64,000 bases of DNA. Source: Vicugna vicugna (lineage: Eukaryota). Of this stretch, positions 14,410 to 25,528 are shown one piece after another (positions within the stretch are counted from its first letter, which is position 1; every line of letters begins with the position of its first letter). The notes beneath the pieces were generated by a model. It was not told the origin of the DNA. It searched no databases and saw nothing but the letters and a program-made list of their open reading frames with translations. Position numbers and translations under genes: made by a program. Location of the stretch: the NCBI GenBank assembly GCA_013265495.1, contig MU062166.1, positions 4,612,782 through 4,676,781 on the forward strand, in the 5' to 3' direction.

Positions 14410-16440
14410 TTAGGACACCGGACGGATGCATCCTGGCATATCTAAAGGAATCAAAAGGCAATGACCATTCCCAAGGCAAGATGGGCTTCCCGAAAACCCA
14501 GTGCTGCAGGACAGCATGGGCTATGGGCCTGCCACGCACCTCTTCCAAGTGAAGGTGAATATAACCAAGGGGTCCCCGCTTTACCACCAGAGCCCAGGCG
14601 GCCACTATCGCTAACCTCAGTGGGCCTCTGCAATCTGGTGATCGTGATGGATTGGCTGCCACCAAGGTACAAGGCAGGTTACCAGGCCACATTCTGTAAG
14701 ACATTTGGGCAGACCAAATGTCTGGACAGTCAACCATCCCTACAACAAAGGGAACTGTCTTCTACCATGATGGTCTCTGATGCAAACCATTTAAGCATTC
14801 TTTAATATGAATGGTGCCCACTTTTGTTTCAAAAGGGACGGTGCCTCAGTCTTATTTGGGTAAGCTCTTCCAAAGGAAGATGCAACAAGGTGGTTTCTCC
14901 CAGATGAACACAGTCCCATATGAAATGAAATAAATATTCATCTAGTAGGCTGGTCTGAAAAAGTTCAAATTTCTTAATAGTCCAGTGCATTATTCAACCA
15001 AACAAACAAATGCATTCAATCTAAAGACTGAATTGCTCATCATATAGAATCATTATGTCCATACTATAAAAAGTTTGTAACATTCCTTAATCAATAACAA
15101 TTTAAACTTTTCTGTATCTGGTTATACTGATATGTCACTACTTTTCTCTTAAAGAGAAAACAGAAAAGCTATCGCGTGCGAGTACACATCCAATTACTTA
15201 AGTTAGCACATTCTTACACCAACTTCCGATAATGTCTGCTCCCTCCTTAGTCCTCAATGGTCCATCTACAAGCAGTGTATTTCCAAATGGCATTTTTCTC
15301 AAACTGCATTCTTAGTTAATGTGCTAGTAACTGTCAGGCAAATCGGTTAAGAAGTGCCAATCGGGCACTTGCAGAATGCAGTACTGCAGGTACAAGCAAG
15401 CTCAATGCCAGAGGCGTCTCATTGTTTCAAAGCAAATATTCACAGAGCAGAGTCACAACAAAAGGAAAACTGAATGCAATGGTATTATTTAAAGCTTATA
15501 CATTTGAATCAGAAAAAAAATATTTGCAAGATCGTCAAAACTCTCAGCAGCACAGCACAAAACGAAACGACCAATTTATTTTTACTAGACATAAAATAAG
15601 CATGCAGGTAGGCACTGCACTCTAAACGTGAGGAATTAATAACTGGAGTGGAACATCATGAGCTAGCAAACCACAGTCTACGCAGCTTCACAAAGGAAAT
15701 GGCAGAGAGACAGGTGCATTAGAGCAGGTAGCAATTATCAAGGAAGCTTGTCTAGGATAGAGATGTCGGTTAGAGATTCAGACAGCGGCAATGTTTAGGC
15801 AAAAGGGCTTCACTGATGTTGATTTCTCTGTAGGGCAGAAATAACATCAAGCCCAAGATGGCAAGAGCATGCTTTGCAGTGAAAGCAAACTGAGAGTCCG
15901 TTCCATCACAACATGCGGCAAGCCACCGATTCCCCAGGTAGGCGGCACACTGCTTCTGTACACCCTCCACAGAGGTGCTCCTCCCTGGCACCTCCGCATA
16001 CGTCCATCTATTTACATCTCGTTAAAAATAGAAAGTGGAACGAAAGTAGTAAATAACAACGGGACTTATGGGATTTCAGCAAAATGGAATTTGAACGGAG
16101 GAAAAATTACTTTGAATTTTACAAAGTAATTTCAACTTCCTTCCTTAAAAGAAACGGAGATGGGTGAATTCATACATTGACTCAGTGACTCACTAAAAAT
16201 ATAAGATCCCTTTGGGTTTTAAGGGGGAAATTTCACTTGATCATAAACGTGAGGGTGGGATCTCAATGTAAGTGAATTTCCAAGGCAACTTTCTTATCCC
16301 TGGGGGGATAATTTTAAACATTTTTAAAAATCTTTATGCAAGGGTAAAAGGGGCCATTTCTGAGAACAGAAGCTGTGTTAATTTTATAGCAATCAACCAA
16401 GAAAAGGAAAAAAACCATNNNNNNNNNNNNNNNNNNNNNN

Positions 16441-16585
16441 NNNNNNNNNNNNNNNNNNNNNNNNNNNNNNNNNNNNNNNNNNNNNNNNNNNNNNNNNNNN
16501 NNNNNNNNNNNNNNNNNNNNNNNNNNNNNNNNNNNNNNNNNNNNNNNNNNNNNNNNNNNNNNNNNNNNNNNNNNNNNNNNNNGGC
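16441..16585 (-). CDS. FGFR2: FGFR2 exon IIIc (mesenchymal; human exon 9), almost entirely under Ns
   Basis: Only the acceptor ccttgttttctag|GCC (first Ala) is visible, at the expected position between IIIb and the TM exon. The end at 16441 is inferred from a 145-nt exon length. Confidence 0.85.
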
Positions 16586-16620
16586 CTAGAAAACAAGGAA
16601 AGCAAGAGAAAAGGCTAGAC
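16586..16620 (-). promoter_or_regulatory. IIIc 3' splice site: pyrimidine tract and suboptimal branch region (gtctagcc)
   Basis: Pre-mRNA reads gtctagccttttctcttgctttccttgttttctag; CUAGC lies about 30 nt upstream of the AG. Confidence 0.6.
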
Positions 16621-16707
16621 GACACAGGAATGATTGTGGAGGGGGCCGTGGAACCACGAGGCGTCACACCGGGGGCTCCGGCGGGTACCGGCCACCGGAG
16701 GATTCCG

Positions 16708-16790
16708 ACTGCAGCCCATCCACAAAGCCCACAACCGAGAGACACTGAGCGACACGGAGCAGCTCACCTCCACAGGCCCGTCACCACACC
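16708..16790 (-). promoter_or_regulatory. GU-rich ISE/ISS-3-like element (ESRP1/2-type binding site) in the IIIb-IIIc intron
   Basis: Pre-mRNA GGUGUGGUGACGGGCCUGUGGAGGUG...GGUUGUGGGCUUUGUGGAUGGG lies between ISAR and the IIIc branch point. Boundaries approximate. Confidence 0.7.
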
Positions 16791-16810
16791 GGCTTGACCG
16801 CCTAGACATA

Positions 16811-16816
16811 CATGCA
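16811..16816 (-). promoter_or_regulatory. RBFOX motif UGCAUG next to ISAR, overlapping a second GCAUG
   Basis: Plus-strand catgca at 16811-16816; pre-mRNA context GAUCGCAUGCAUGUAUG. Confidence 0.7.
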
Positions 16817-16828
16817 TGCGATCAAATG

Positions 16829-16848
16829 CATGGAAAAATCAACCCACA
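16829..16848 (-). promoter_or_regulatory. ISAR/IAS3 intronic element (3' arm of the long-range stem)
   Basis: Pre-mRNA UGUGGGUUGAUUUUUCCAUG is complementary to 17620-17637. Confidence 0.85.
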
Positions 16849-17619
16849 GAGATCCGTTCTCTTGGCCTTTGCTTTGCTTTGGAGTTAGGGGTGGTTTTCC
16901 AAAAGTATGGCACCCAAAAGTCCAAGTTGGGTTCTGGTCCTGTTGGCTGCAGACTCCCATCTTGGAAAAAACGATGTTTCTAGCTAAACTGTCATGTTGT
17001 AAGGTAACACACCACAGTTAAGCCCAAGGGGACACTCTGTACCTCCTTGCAGGCCTGTGGGAACCACCAGGGTGGAGTTCCGTGTTGGTTACCAGGATCT
17101 GGTTATTTTGCCTCCTGTGTAACCCTCCTGACATACATAACACTGCAAGAAAATGGAAGAAAGCACGACCCTGGGAGCAAAGAAACTGGATGTTTCTTTT
17201 CTCTTTTTAATGTAACATTTCAACGTGAGTCATGGCAAATTGAGAAAGCTGACGTATTGCCTTCAACAGCATCAACAGTACATTTAGTCAGTGAGACGGA
17301 ATAGCCTCAAATTCAGGATAACAAGGTCAAGGACAGACTCTCCTAAGTATCAGTTATGCAACCAAGAAAATACTGCTTTGCTGAACCAATTATACTATGT
17401 CAGTATTTCTCTAAAAATCTGGGGCAGAGGAGGTATTTTGCTGCTATGCAAACACCACAAATGCAATAGGCCTGCCGGTATGCATGTAAAATGGAGCTGA
17501 TGTGCGGTAATGATGGGAGGTGTGCAGCCCAAACAAGATAAACCAGAAGGAACAACTTAAAAACTGGGTGGGGGTGGAGGGCACTCTTTAGAAGAAATTA
17601 GAGCGAGCACTTTGAACAT

Positions 17620-17637
17620 TGTGGGCATTTTTCCATG
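17620..17637 (-). promoter_or_regulatory. IAS2/ISE-2 intronic element (5' arm of the long-range stem)
   Basis: Pre-mRNA CAUGGAAAAAUGCCCACA pairs over 18 bp with ISAR. Confidence 0.85.
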
Positions 17638-17822
17638 GCTGCTGGCATCATACCAGCTGCATCACCGAAGAAAGATTATGATGAATATACCAAGACCACA
17701 GAGTTATCCGATAAGCTGCCTGCAGTCTCCCAAAGCACCAAGTCTTTCCAGNNNNNNNNNNNNNNNNNNNNNNNNNNNNNNNNNNNNNNNNNNNNNNNNN
17801 NNNNNNNNNNNNNNNNNNNNNN

Positions 17823-17970
17823 NNNNNNNNNNNNNNNNNNNNNNNNNNNNNNNNNNNNNNNNNNNNNNNNNNNNNNNNNNNNNNNNNNNNNNNNNNNNNN
17901 NNNNNGCATCCGCCTCAGTCACATTGAACAGAGCCAGCACTTCTGCATTGGAACTATTTATCCCCGAGTG
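17823..17970 (-). CDS. FGFR2: FGFR2 exon IIIb (epithelial/KGFR; human exon 8): HSGINSSNAEVLALFNVTEADA..., 3' part under Ns
   Basis: Acceptor tctgttccag; 65 nt visible and translate to the IIIb peptide. The end is inferred from a 148-nt length. Confidence 0.93.
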
Positions 17971-18033
17971 CTGGAACAGACACAGGAGAACAATATAACG
18001 GCCAACCAGGAAGGACTTCGCACGGTCTAGGGT

Positions 18034-18067
18034 CCCACCACCAAGACACCACAAAAAAAAAAAAAAA
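18034..18067 (-). promoter_or_regulatory. U15 tract followed by UGUGGUGUCUUGGUGGUGGG upstream of the IIIb acceptor (candidate splicing element)
   Basis: Seen directly. Function is inferred from its position about 65-95 nt upstream of IIIb and its UGG-rich content. Confidence 0.4.
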
Positions 18068-18454
18068 CCTCCGTCTCATCTAAACAGCAGCATGAAAGGG
18101 CTGTGGGTTTGGAAAGAACAAAATAAGTCAACTGGTGGACAATGGAAGCGACCCGGTGGAGAGGGGTGGGAGGGTGCAGAACAGGTCAGCAGTGCCCCAG
18201 GCTGGTCATCTTTTTGCAGCTTTTCTGATCTTTGGTATTTTCAGCTGGAGAGAATATCTCACTGGTTACGAGTTCTGAGTTGAACTACCCATGGTTCTAC
18301 TGGAAGACTGTTCTCTCTAAGGACATGCTCTGGGAACAACTCAAGATAGGAGACAAAGCAGCAAACAGCGGTCAGAGAAGTATTTATACACACTTAGCTG
18401 CCATTTGCTATCACCATCTTGAAGAGCAAGACAGATCTATAAATTAAAGAAGTG

Positions 18455-18720
18455 TGTGGAGGGATAAATTGGGAGTTCGGGATTTGCAGATACTAACTGC
18501 TATATACAAGATAGATCAACAAGGCTCTACTGTACAGCACAGGGAACTGTATTCAACATCTTGTAATACCTATATTGAAAAAGAATATGTAAAGGGATAT
18601 ATTTATACATACATATATGAAAAACCAAATCACTATGCTGTACACCGGAACATAATGTAACATTGTAAACTGACTATACTTCAATAAAAATAAACAAACA
18701 AATAAATAAATACGAAAAAA
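18455..18720 (+). mobile_element. 5'-truncated L1 3' end (laurasiatherian/camelid-type), antisense to FGFR2, in the IIIa-IIIb intron
   Basis: gggataaattgggagtt...ctactgtacagcacagggaact...gctgtacaccggaaca...tgtaaactgactatacttcaataaaa followed by an A-rich tail. Confidence 0.8.
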
Positions 18721-19029
18721 GAGGCTGGTGCTGTTAAAACAGGGTCTTCCACGGAACCAAATAAGAAACACAAGGGGAAAGAAAGTTTCCCTGTTCAACA
18801 TTTGACTAGCACAGCAATATCTTCTAAAGTTTACTATTCTAAACCATGTGTGAATCAATGTCAAAGGTTAAGGGATTATTTTTAAAAGGAAAATCTACAT
18901 GGTTTCCCAAAAGTGGCTACTAAAATCTGATCCTAATGTCATACTGAGAGAAAACAACGTCAGTGTAACAATAAACGCTGGTGCAGCGCCTAGAGTTTAC
19001 AAAGTTCCTTCCAGCTACCCCATCTCATT

Positions 19030-19155
19030 TACTCTGTACAATGCCCTGTAGGGAGATATTACCATAATCCTCACTTTTATAGATGTGGAGCTAAGCCTAA
19101 ACGTCTCATCTAAGATCTCAGGGCCGATAAATAGCTCAACCACTCTGACTCCAGC
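19030..19155 (-). mobile_element. MIR SINE fragment
   Basis: atcctcacttttatagatgtggagctaagcc...ctctgactccag. Boundaries approximate. Confidence 0.5.
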
Positions 19156-19347
19156 TTTCGTAGTCCTCCCACTCCCCACTAGCTCCCTTCTGAGATTTTA
19201 TTAGCAAGCCTAACGATCTGCTAATTCCCAAATACACGCTGTACTGAACAAATAAGAGAACCATCTTCTCTCGGACTCAGCAGGAAATCAAAGAACCTGT
19301 GGCCAAACCCCTCGAGGAGACTCCAGTTGTGGGCATCTCTGGATTCA

Positions 19348-19656
<309 letters not shown>

Positions 19657-20030
19657 TCAAGTCTGCTGGCTGACTCCTTTGAAATAACACCACGGCCCAA
19701 CGCATCACAAAAACGACTTCAAAGGAGATGGCTGGAGCACGACCCTTGTAAAAAGAATACTTATTTAGAAAACTGAGAAAAGAACTTAGTACATCTCAAG
19801 TCGTTGGCTGTCCATGGCTACCTAGTGAACAAGGGCAAAGATTTTATTTTTACAATCTAAAAGACAAATGGTGGTGGAAAGGGTGCCTCTTCCCTTACTG
19901 TACTTGGGATAATACTGGAAACTCACACTGACTGTAAGCGTAACATCCCAGGTAAGTGACAAGACTCACTCTAAGGTCACCGTGAGTTCCAAAATGGCTC
20001 CTAAGGGCAGTATCTCCTGACATATACATA

Positions 20031-20169
20031 TTTTTTTAAATACTTTGGGGGGGGGTTGGTGGGATTAGGTTTGTCTGTTTATTTATTTATTTAATGGAGG
20101 TACTAGGGATTGAACCCAGGGTCTTGTGTGTGCTAAGAGCTCACTCTACCGCTGAGCGATACCCTCCCC
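20031..20169 (-). mobile_element. tRNA-derived SINE, camelid-type
   Basis: Minus strand GGGGAGGGTATCGCTCAGCGGTAGAG (A box) ... GGTTCAATCCC (B box) ... (TAAA)n ... C-run ... A tail. Confidence 0.8.
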
Positions 20170-22124
20170 TCACCCCTGCAAAACATTTCTAAGATGCTCC
20201 GGTCAGACTTCCATCCCCGTTTTGTTTTAAAAAGAAAATAAACTAAAAACTAAAGCCCAAAGTTATGAACAGATCAACTGAACAACACAACTGGTTTCAT
20301 CTCTTTGCTGTGGAATTTACTCCGTGAGTTCATTCTCCGTCCAGTATCTCCATCTGTCTCCTTGATAAGCATTCAGTTTAACTGCGCGCCAAATGATAAA
20401 CACACAAGCAGACATTCCTCAGCTTATTCAGATGTGGCACTGAAAGAGACGTGAAGCAACACGGGTCCCCAAATCCTGGCAGCGTCTTAGACTGTGTCAA
20501 AGGAGGCCCCATAGAGGGAAGGCTGGCAATCACTCCCCACCCTCACTTGTCTGCCTCCCTCCCTAGCGGAGTCTCCAGTTCAGACGTGGTCTCCGCAGAA
20601 ACCCTGTAGAGGCGACCCCATCAAGGCGCTTGAACAGCTACACACCAGGCATCGCAAGAATCAAGTAACAGACCGGCCTGCCATGTGACCTTGTCCGCAA
20701 AGGCACCGTAATCACAGACAGGAGCCTTCCTACCCCGTCAGAAGTCACACACCCAATCATCCAACCATTCACAAATGTCAGCCCATCCCCCCACACCTGT
20801 AGGTTCCAGCCATCCTCCCCGTCTCCTTCCCCACACTGTGGGTACCACTGCCTTTAACCTCCAGCCTAAAAAGTCTCCAAGGGAAATGAGGAGACCCAAG
20901 TGGCCCAACACACGCAAGGATGTCTCCATGCTACACCTGAGTATCCCTGTGCGCTGGGCTGGAAACAGCAAGTGAGAATGATAGATATCTAAGCTTTTCT
21001 ATATTTGGGCTTTCAGAATAAAGTGTCATTGAGCGGAATTTTTTGGACAAGAGCCAGACCATGTGCAAATTGATTTTACTGCTTAAGCCTGTTGCTGGTA
21101 TTTAAAAACGAAAGAGAAGAAAAGAGAAAGAAAAGAAGAGAGTGCTAGCCGTTACTCCTAGCACATTTCATTCCAGAATCTCACATTACTGCACAGACAC
21201 CTACATTTTCACATTAAAAAGATAAGGATTTCAGAGCCCCAAAGACGTCATTCATTTGCCCCAATATCACCCACACTGGCTAAGCAAAGAGCACGGAAGC
21301 CGAGGCTCCTACTTTTTGTGGGCAGAAAATCTCAACGCTGGGATACTTTCAAGCATCACTAGAAACACTCACTCCTTGGCTGATACACCATCCCAGCGAT
21401 GGGCCACTGCGAGCCTCCGCGTCAGGCCTGCCAGCCAGCTGGATGCCACAGGGACCTGCTGGCAGCTGGCAGCGATGAAGTTCTGATTTCACCCCGGCGA
21501 GCTTCATCCACGTGAGAAGAACTAAGTTAAGTCCACACACACTCTCCTCCCCACCAGGCCTCCTCCCAAGAGACTTAACAGCCCACGGGGGAGCTGTCAC
21601 CCGGGCTGGATACTGCCAGCCAAGCTCACAAAAGATGCTCCTTCGTACCTCTCAAATATTGAAGCAGTTTCCTCCTTCCCACAGAGGAGTGAATTTTCGG
21701 TATGAGTTCATTCTCTGGCTCAGCTTTCCAGTCTTGCGTGCGTGTGTTTGCGTGTTCAAAGATAAACATTTACAGTGGACCTAAATATTTATTCTTAGAA
21801 ACAAAGGTACTATAAAAATCTTAAATGTCATAAGCCAGATCAACTGAACTTCAAACCGAGTTCTCTTTCTTAAACGTGCTTGTTTCCCATAAGTTGTTTC
21901 ACAAGCAAACAATGTGCATGTAATACCAAATAATGACGCCGCGAACAATGGATGCTTTCACACGGCTCGACAGCTCTGGCCCGCGCCAGCCTTCAGCAGA
22001 GAGAGCCTCGTCGCTGGGGCAACACTGGCAGGGCCCACTGTAGAGCTGCGTCCTGTTTCACTTGTGGTCAGCGTGCTGCTGCGCTCCAGTTATTAAGTTA
22101 TACCATTACTATCTGGGCTATTTT

Positions 22125-22150
22125 CACACACACACACACACACACACACA
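22125..22150 (+). repeat. (CA)13 microsatellite
   Basis: Directly visible. Confidence 0.95.
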
Positions 22151-25100
22151 AAACCGAAAAAACCAAAATACCTCTGCAATGGTTTCATATTATTACATTT
22201 GCAAATTACAGCGTACCCAGCGTTACCACGTACAGTCTTGAGTTCATCCTTCCAAATAGTCTCACCTTATACAAAATAAGCTCTTAATCACGCCCCGGCT
22301 CCCCCTCGGCCCTTTCTTACTTTGGGTACAAAAACTGCAAGCTGGATCGCTCTGTAATCGAAACCTTACACCGTCTTCCAAAACTTATTACAGCTGCCTT
22401 CAGCATGAAATGAAACCTTAAGAGAATGTTATTTAAAATGTTTTCAAAAAGTCAGGAGGCCTCATGTTTCGTTTCTCCACATCAGGCTTTGATTTCCTTT
22501 GCAACCTTATTCTCTGCCCTTAAACAAGTCGGAGAACGAGGCCTGAAACATCTTGGAAGAGGTCCCGGGATGCCCGCATCTGCCGAGCGCGGCCCCCCTC
22601 GCCTGCCTTCCATCCTTCAGCGATCACTCTTCCCTCGGTGTCCATCAGACCCTTAAGAACAGGGATCATTAGTGAGGGGATGACAGCACGTGGACTCCTG
22701 TTCTAACTTCTGAAAAACTGGGGCGAAAGCAGGGTGCGGATGGCAGCCAGGAGAGCAGGCAGGACGGCAGCTCCCAGGACCAGGCAGCCCCTCCATGGCC
22801 CGGGCCAGCGGGCACTTAGGAAGCACTGCAGAGACAGAGCAGCAACCGTGGGCACGAAGACCCTCCAACCACCAGCGTGCTCTCCTCCGCCCTGGGCACC
22901 CCGAACCCCGTGGGTCTGCAGCTTTTTAGGGCAGCAAGCTGATATAAAAAGAAATCAGTCGACGAATTAGCTCCAGATGAGAGACTAAAACCCAGAGCTG
23001 GCCCTTCTCTTGTTCTTGTTCTTCTACGTGATAACAGAAGTTCCATCCTGTCTACCAGGAAGGATTTGGTTTTAGGTAAGCGTCTCTTAACGGCATGTTT
23101 AAGTCTCAGATAGTGTACAAAGCAGGTTTCTCTCTTTACAGGAGGAGGGAAAGAAATATACAGAAAACAGAAAAGCTAACAAGCACCTCCCCTCTGTGTT
23201 TTTTACTGAAATGTTTAAAATGATACATTCTGAGTTCAGCAGGTTGCAGATGTATCGTTTACGGACCCACAAGAGGATGAGAACTTTTAAAACGGAGATT
23301 CGAAGCTCCGCATGTGAGCTCGGAATTGATACAGGATGGAAGGCAGTCCAGGGTGTGCGGCTGCTGCCGATGGGACAGTTGGCTGCCCTGCTGGAATGAG
23401 GATCCACCAAAGCAGTGTGTAGTAAACACAGGCTGGAGTGCTTTAAAAAATATATTCTCTCCCCCGCGTTCTCTCTCTCACTCCCTTTTGTCAAGTGCTC
23501 CAAATGAGTCCACTTTACTGAACCAAGCAGAAGGCCCAGCTGCTGAGAGTCTTAATGCCAAGACGGCCCCTCCAGTCCTGCTCTGAAGCTGGGAGCCACG
23601 ACCAGGGCGGCAGGAAGAAAACAGTCTGCTTCATTCCAAGGGGTAATTATTGAGAANNNNNNNNNNNNNNNNNNNNNNNNNNNNNNNNNNNNNNNNNNNN
23701 NNNNNNNNNNNNNNNNNNNNNNNNNNNNNNNNNNNNNNNNNNNNNNNNNNNNNNNNNNNNNNNNNNNNNNNNNNNNNNNNNNNNNNNNNNNNNNNNNCAA
23801 AGGCCATAAAAAGAGTCCACCGGGCGGAGAGGCCTCACGTCTGCGAGCTCAGTAAATACGCATCCTGGCGATCAGGAGAACCAGGTTCTTAAATTACACC
23901 TATAAATTAATCAAGCCCAGAGTTGCCGGCTTCCCAGCCCACACTGGTCTTCTAAGCATTTCTTCCCAAAGTACAGCAGCGTTGGCCACAAAGAACCATT
24001 TCAAAGCCGCGCTTTCCAGCAGCAAAATGCCAAGAGACTCAAATCACGTTGCGTGCCCAGGACTGATCTGGGAACAGCGAGGCTCCTGCTCTCGGGCACC
24101 CATTCATTTCAGGAACATGAAGAATCTTGCCTGCCCCATCTTTAAATTAAAATCAGAATTTAATTACCCTTCCTCTAAAATGGCAGTTTCTTAGCAACTC
24201 CAAGGGGCTGAATAAGGAAAAGACATTCTGCGATTAGGAGGACAAGTGAAAACAACGGAGAATTCTTGTTTCCAAAGCCCAGCCAAGCTTGTTTTTCTCA
24301 AGAGGAGGCGGTGGTAGCTTTTGTTGTATGAAAACGCACTAAACCAGTTAGCATGAGGCATGGTTATTAGGGGGGCTGATCAAAGCCCTCTGAAGTTTGA
24401 GGAGCCCCAGAACTTGCTAAAGACCTCACACTAATTACAATTAGTAGAATGAGTTCATTGCCTTGTCAAGACTCTGCCTAATGCTCTCCAACGGACAGGC
24501 TACATCTAGCTGGGTTCTGAGCTTTGTTCTCCCTAAGCTTTCTCCAGCCTCTTGAGTTTGGCACAAAAGGAGGTCCCAACCAAAACTGATGTGGAGGAAA
24601 AGGTACAATTAGGATATTGGATGAGAAGGAGTACCACCCCCGCAGACAGAGTCACGGTGTCTGTATCCAGGAGTTTGCTTGTCATCTAGAACAGACAAGT
24701 GGCCTGAGGATGCTGGTACCTGGAATTACTGGGGTTTTTTTAAAGGAAAAATGCATTTTGGTAGAAGGCAGCTGGTTTGCTGCCTTCTCTCCGTCCCATG
24801 CTTAGCCTCATTTTCCCACTGCTTGGACATCTGACTCTGGAAAGTCTTGCAGAATTGGGCTGGGGATCCAACTTCCTCCAAAACACACGTGTTTCTCTGC
24901 AGAAAGAGCAAAGTCAGAGGAGCAAGCTGGTTTGGGATAAGCCAAAATGTCTTCTCTCTAGCACCAAAGTTCCTCAGTGACCTAGGGAGGCTGCCCCACG
25001 TGAAATGCTAGAAGCAAAACACCACTAATTCTTTTGTGCTTGCTCGACGAGGTGGAGTAGCAGAGTAAAGTGCTGGCTGAGGCTGCACGGCCGGGGAGGA

Positions 25101-25384
25101 CGAAAGCAGGCGGAGGCACAGTGCCTTCCCTAATTAATGTCATAGACGGTATTATTTGGCTGGGAGTTGAGTGGCTTCTACCAGCTGGGTGTCAATTTAG
25201 GTCTTCTTGGGCAAATTACAGGAGCTGGGTTGTGTGTTATTTACACCCCAAGTGTTTACGATACCCTGATCTCTGTGCCTTCAAAAAGTTAAGCCAGAAC
25301 TGAAGACTCTTGGGCGACCACAAAGTTAGGCCAATTTTTGGTTCCAAAATGCCTTTCCTTTTATTAAAAGGAGACATGGCTTTG

Positions 25385-25528
25385 GAAGGACGAGAAAGTC
25401 CTGGGACGGAGAGCGGTGATGGTTGCACAACACTGTGTATGTACTTAATGCTGCTGAACTGGATATTCAAAAATGGTTAAAATGGTACATTTTGTGTTGT
25501 GTATATTTTACCACAATTGAAAAGAGAG
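25385..25528 (+). mobile_element. L1MB/L1MC-like 3' end fragment
   Basis: ggtgatggttgcacaacactgtg...gtacttaatgc...aaaatggttaaaatggtacattttgtgttgtgtatattttaccacaa. Confidence 0.75.

Noticed and set aside
15147-15175. Strong-looking cryptic acceptor (ttttctgttttctctttaag) between IIIc and the TM exon
   Set aside because: It would add only about 8 codons before a stop, and I found no convincing donor. Such tracts are common by chance; junction reads would be needed.
20031-20169. tRNA gene
   Set aside because: A and B boxes are present, but there is no full cloverleaf and there is a simple-repeat/A tail, so it is a SINE.
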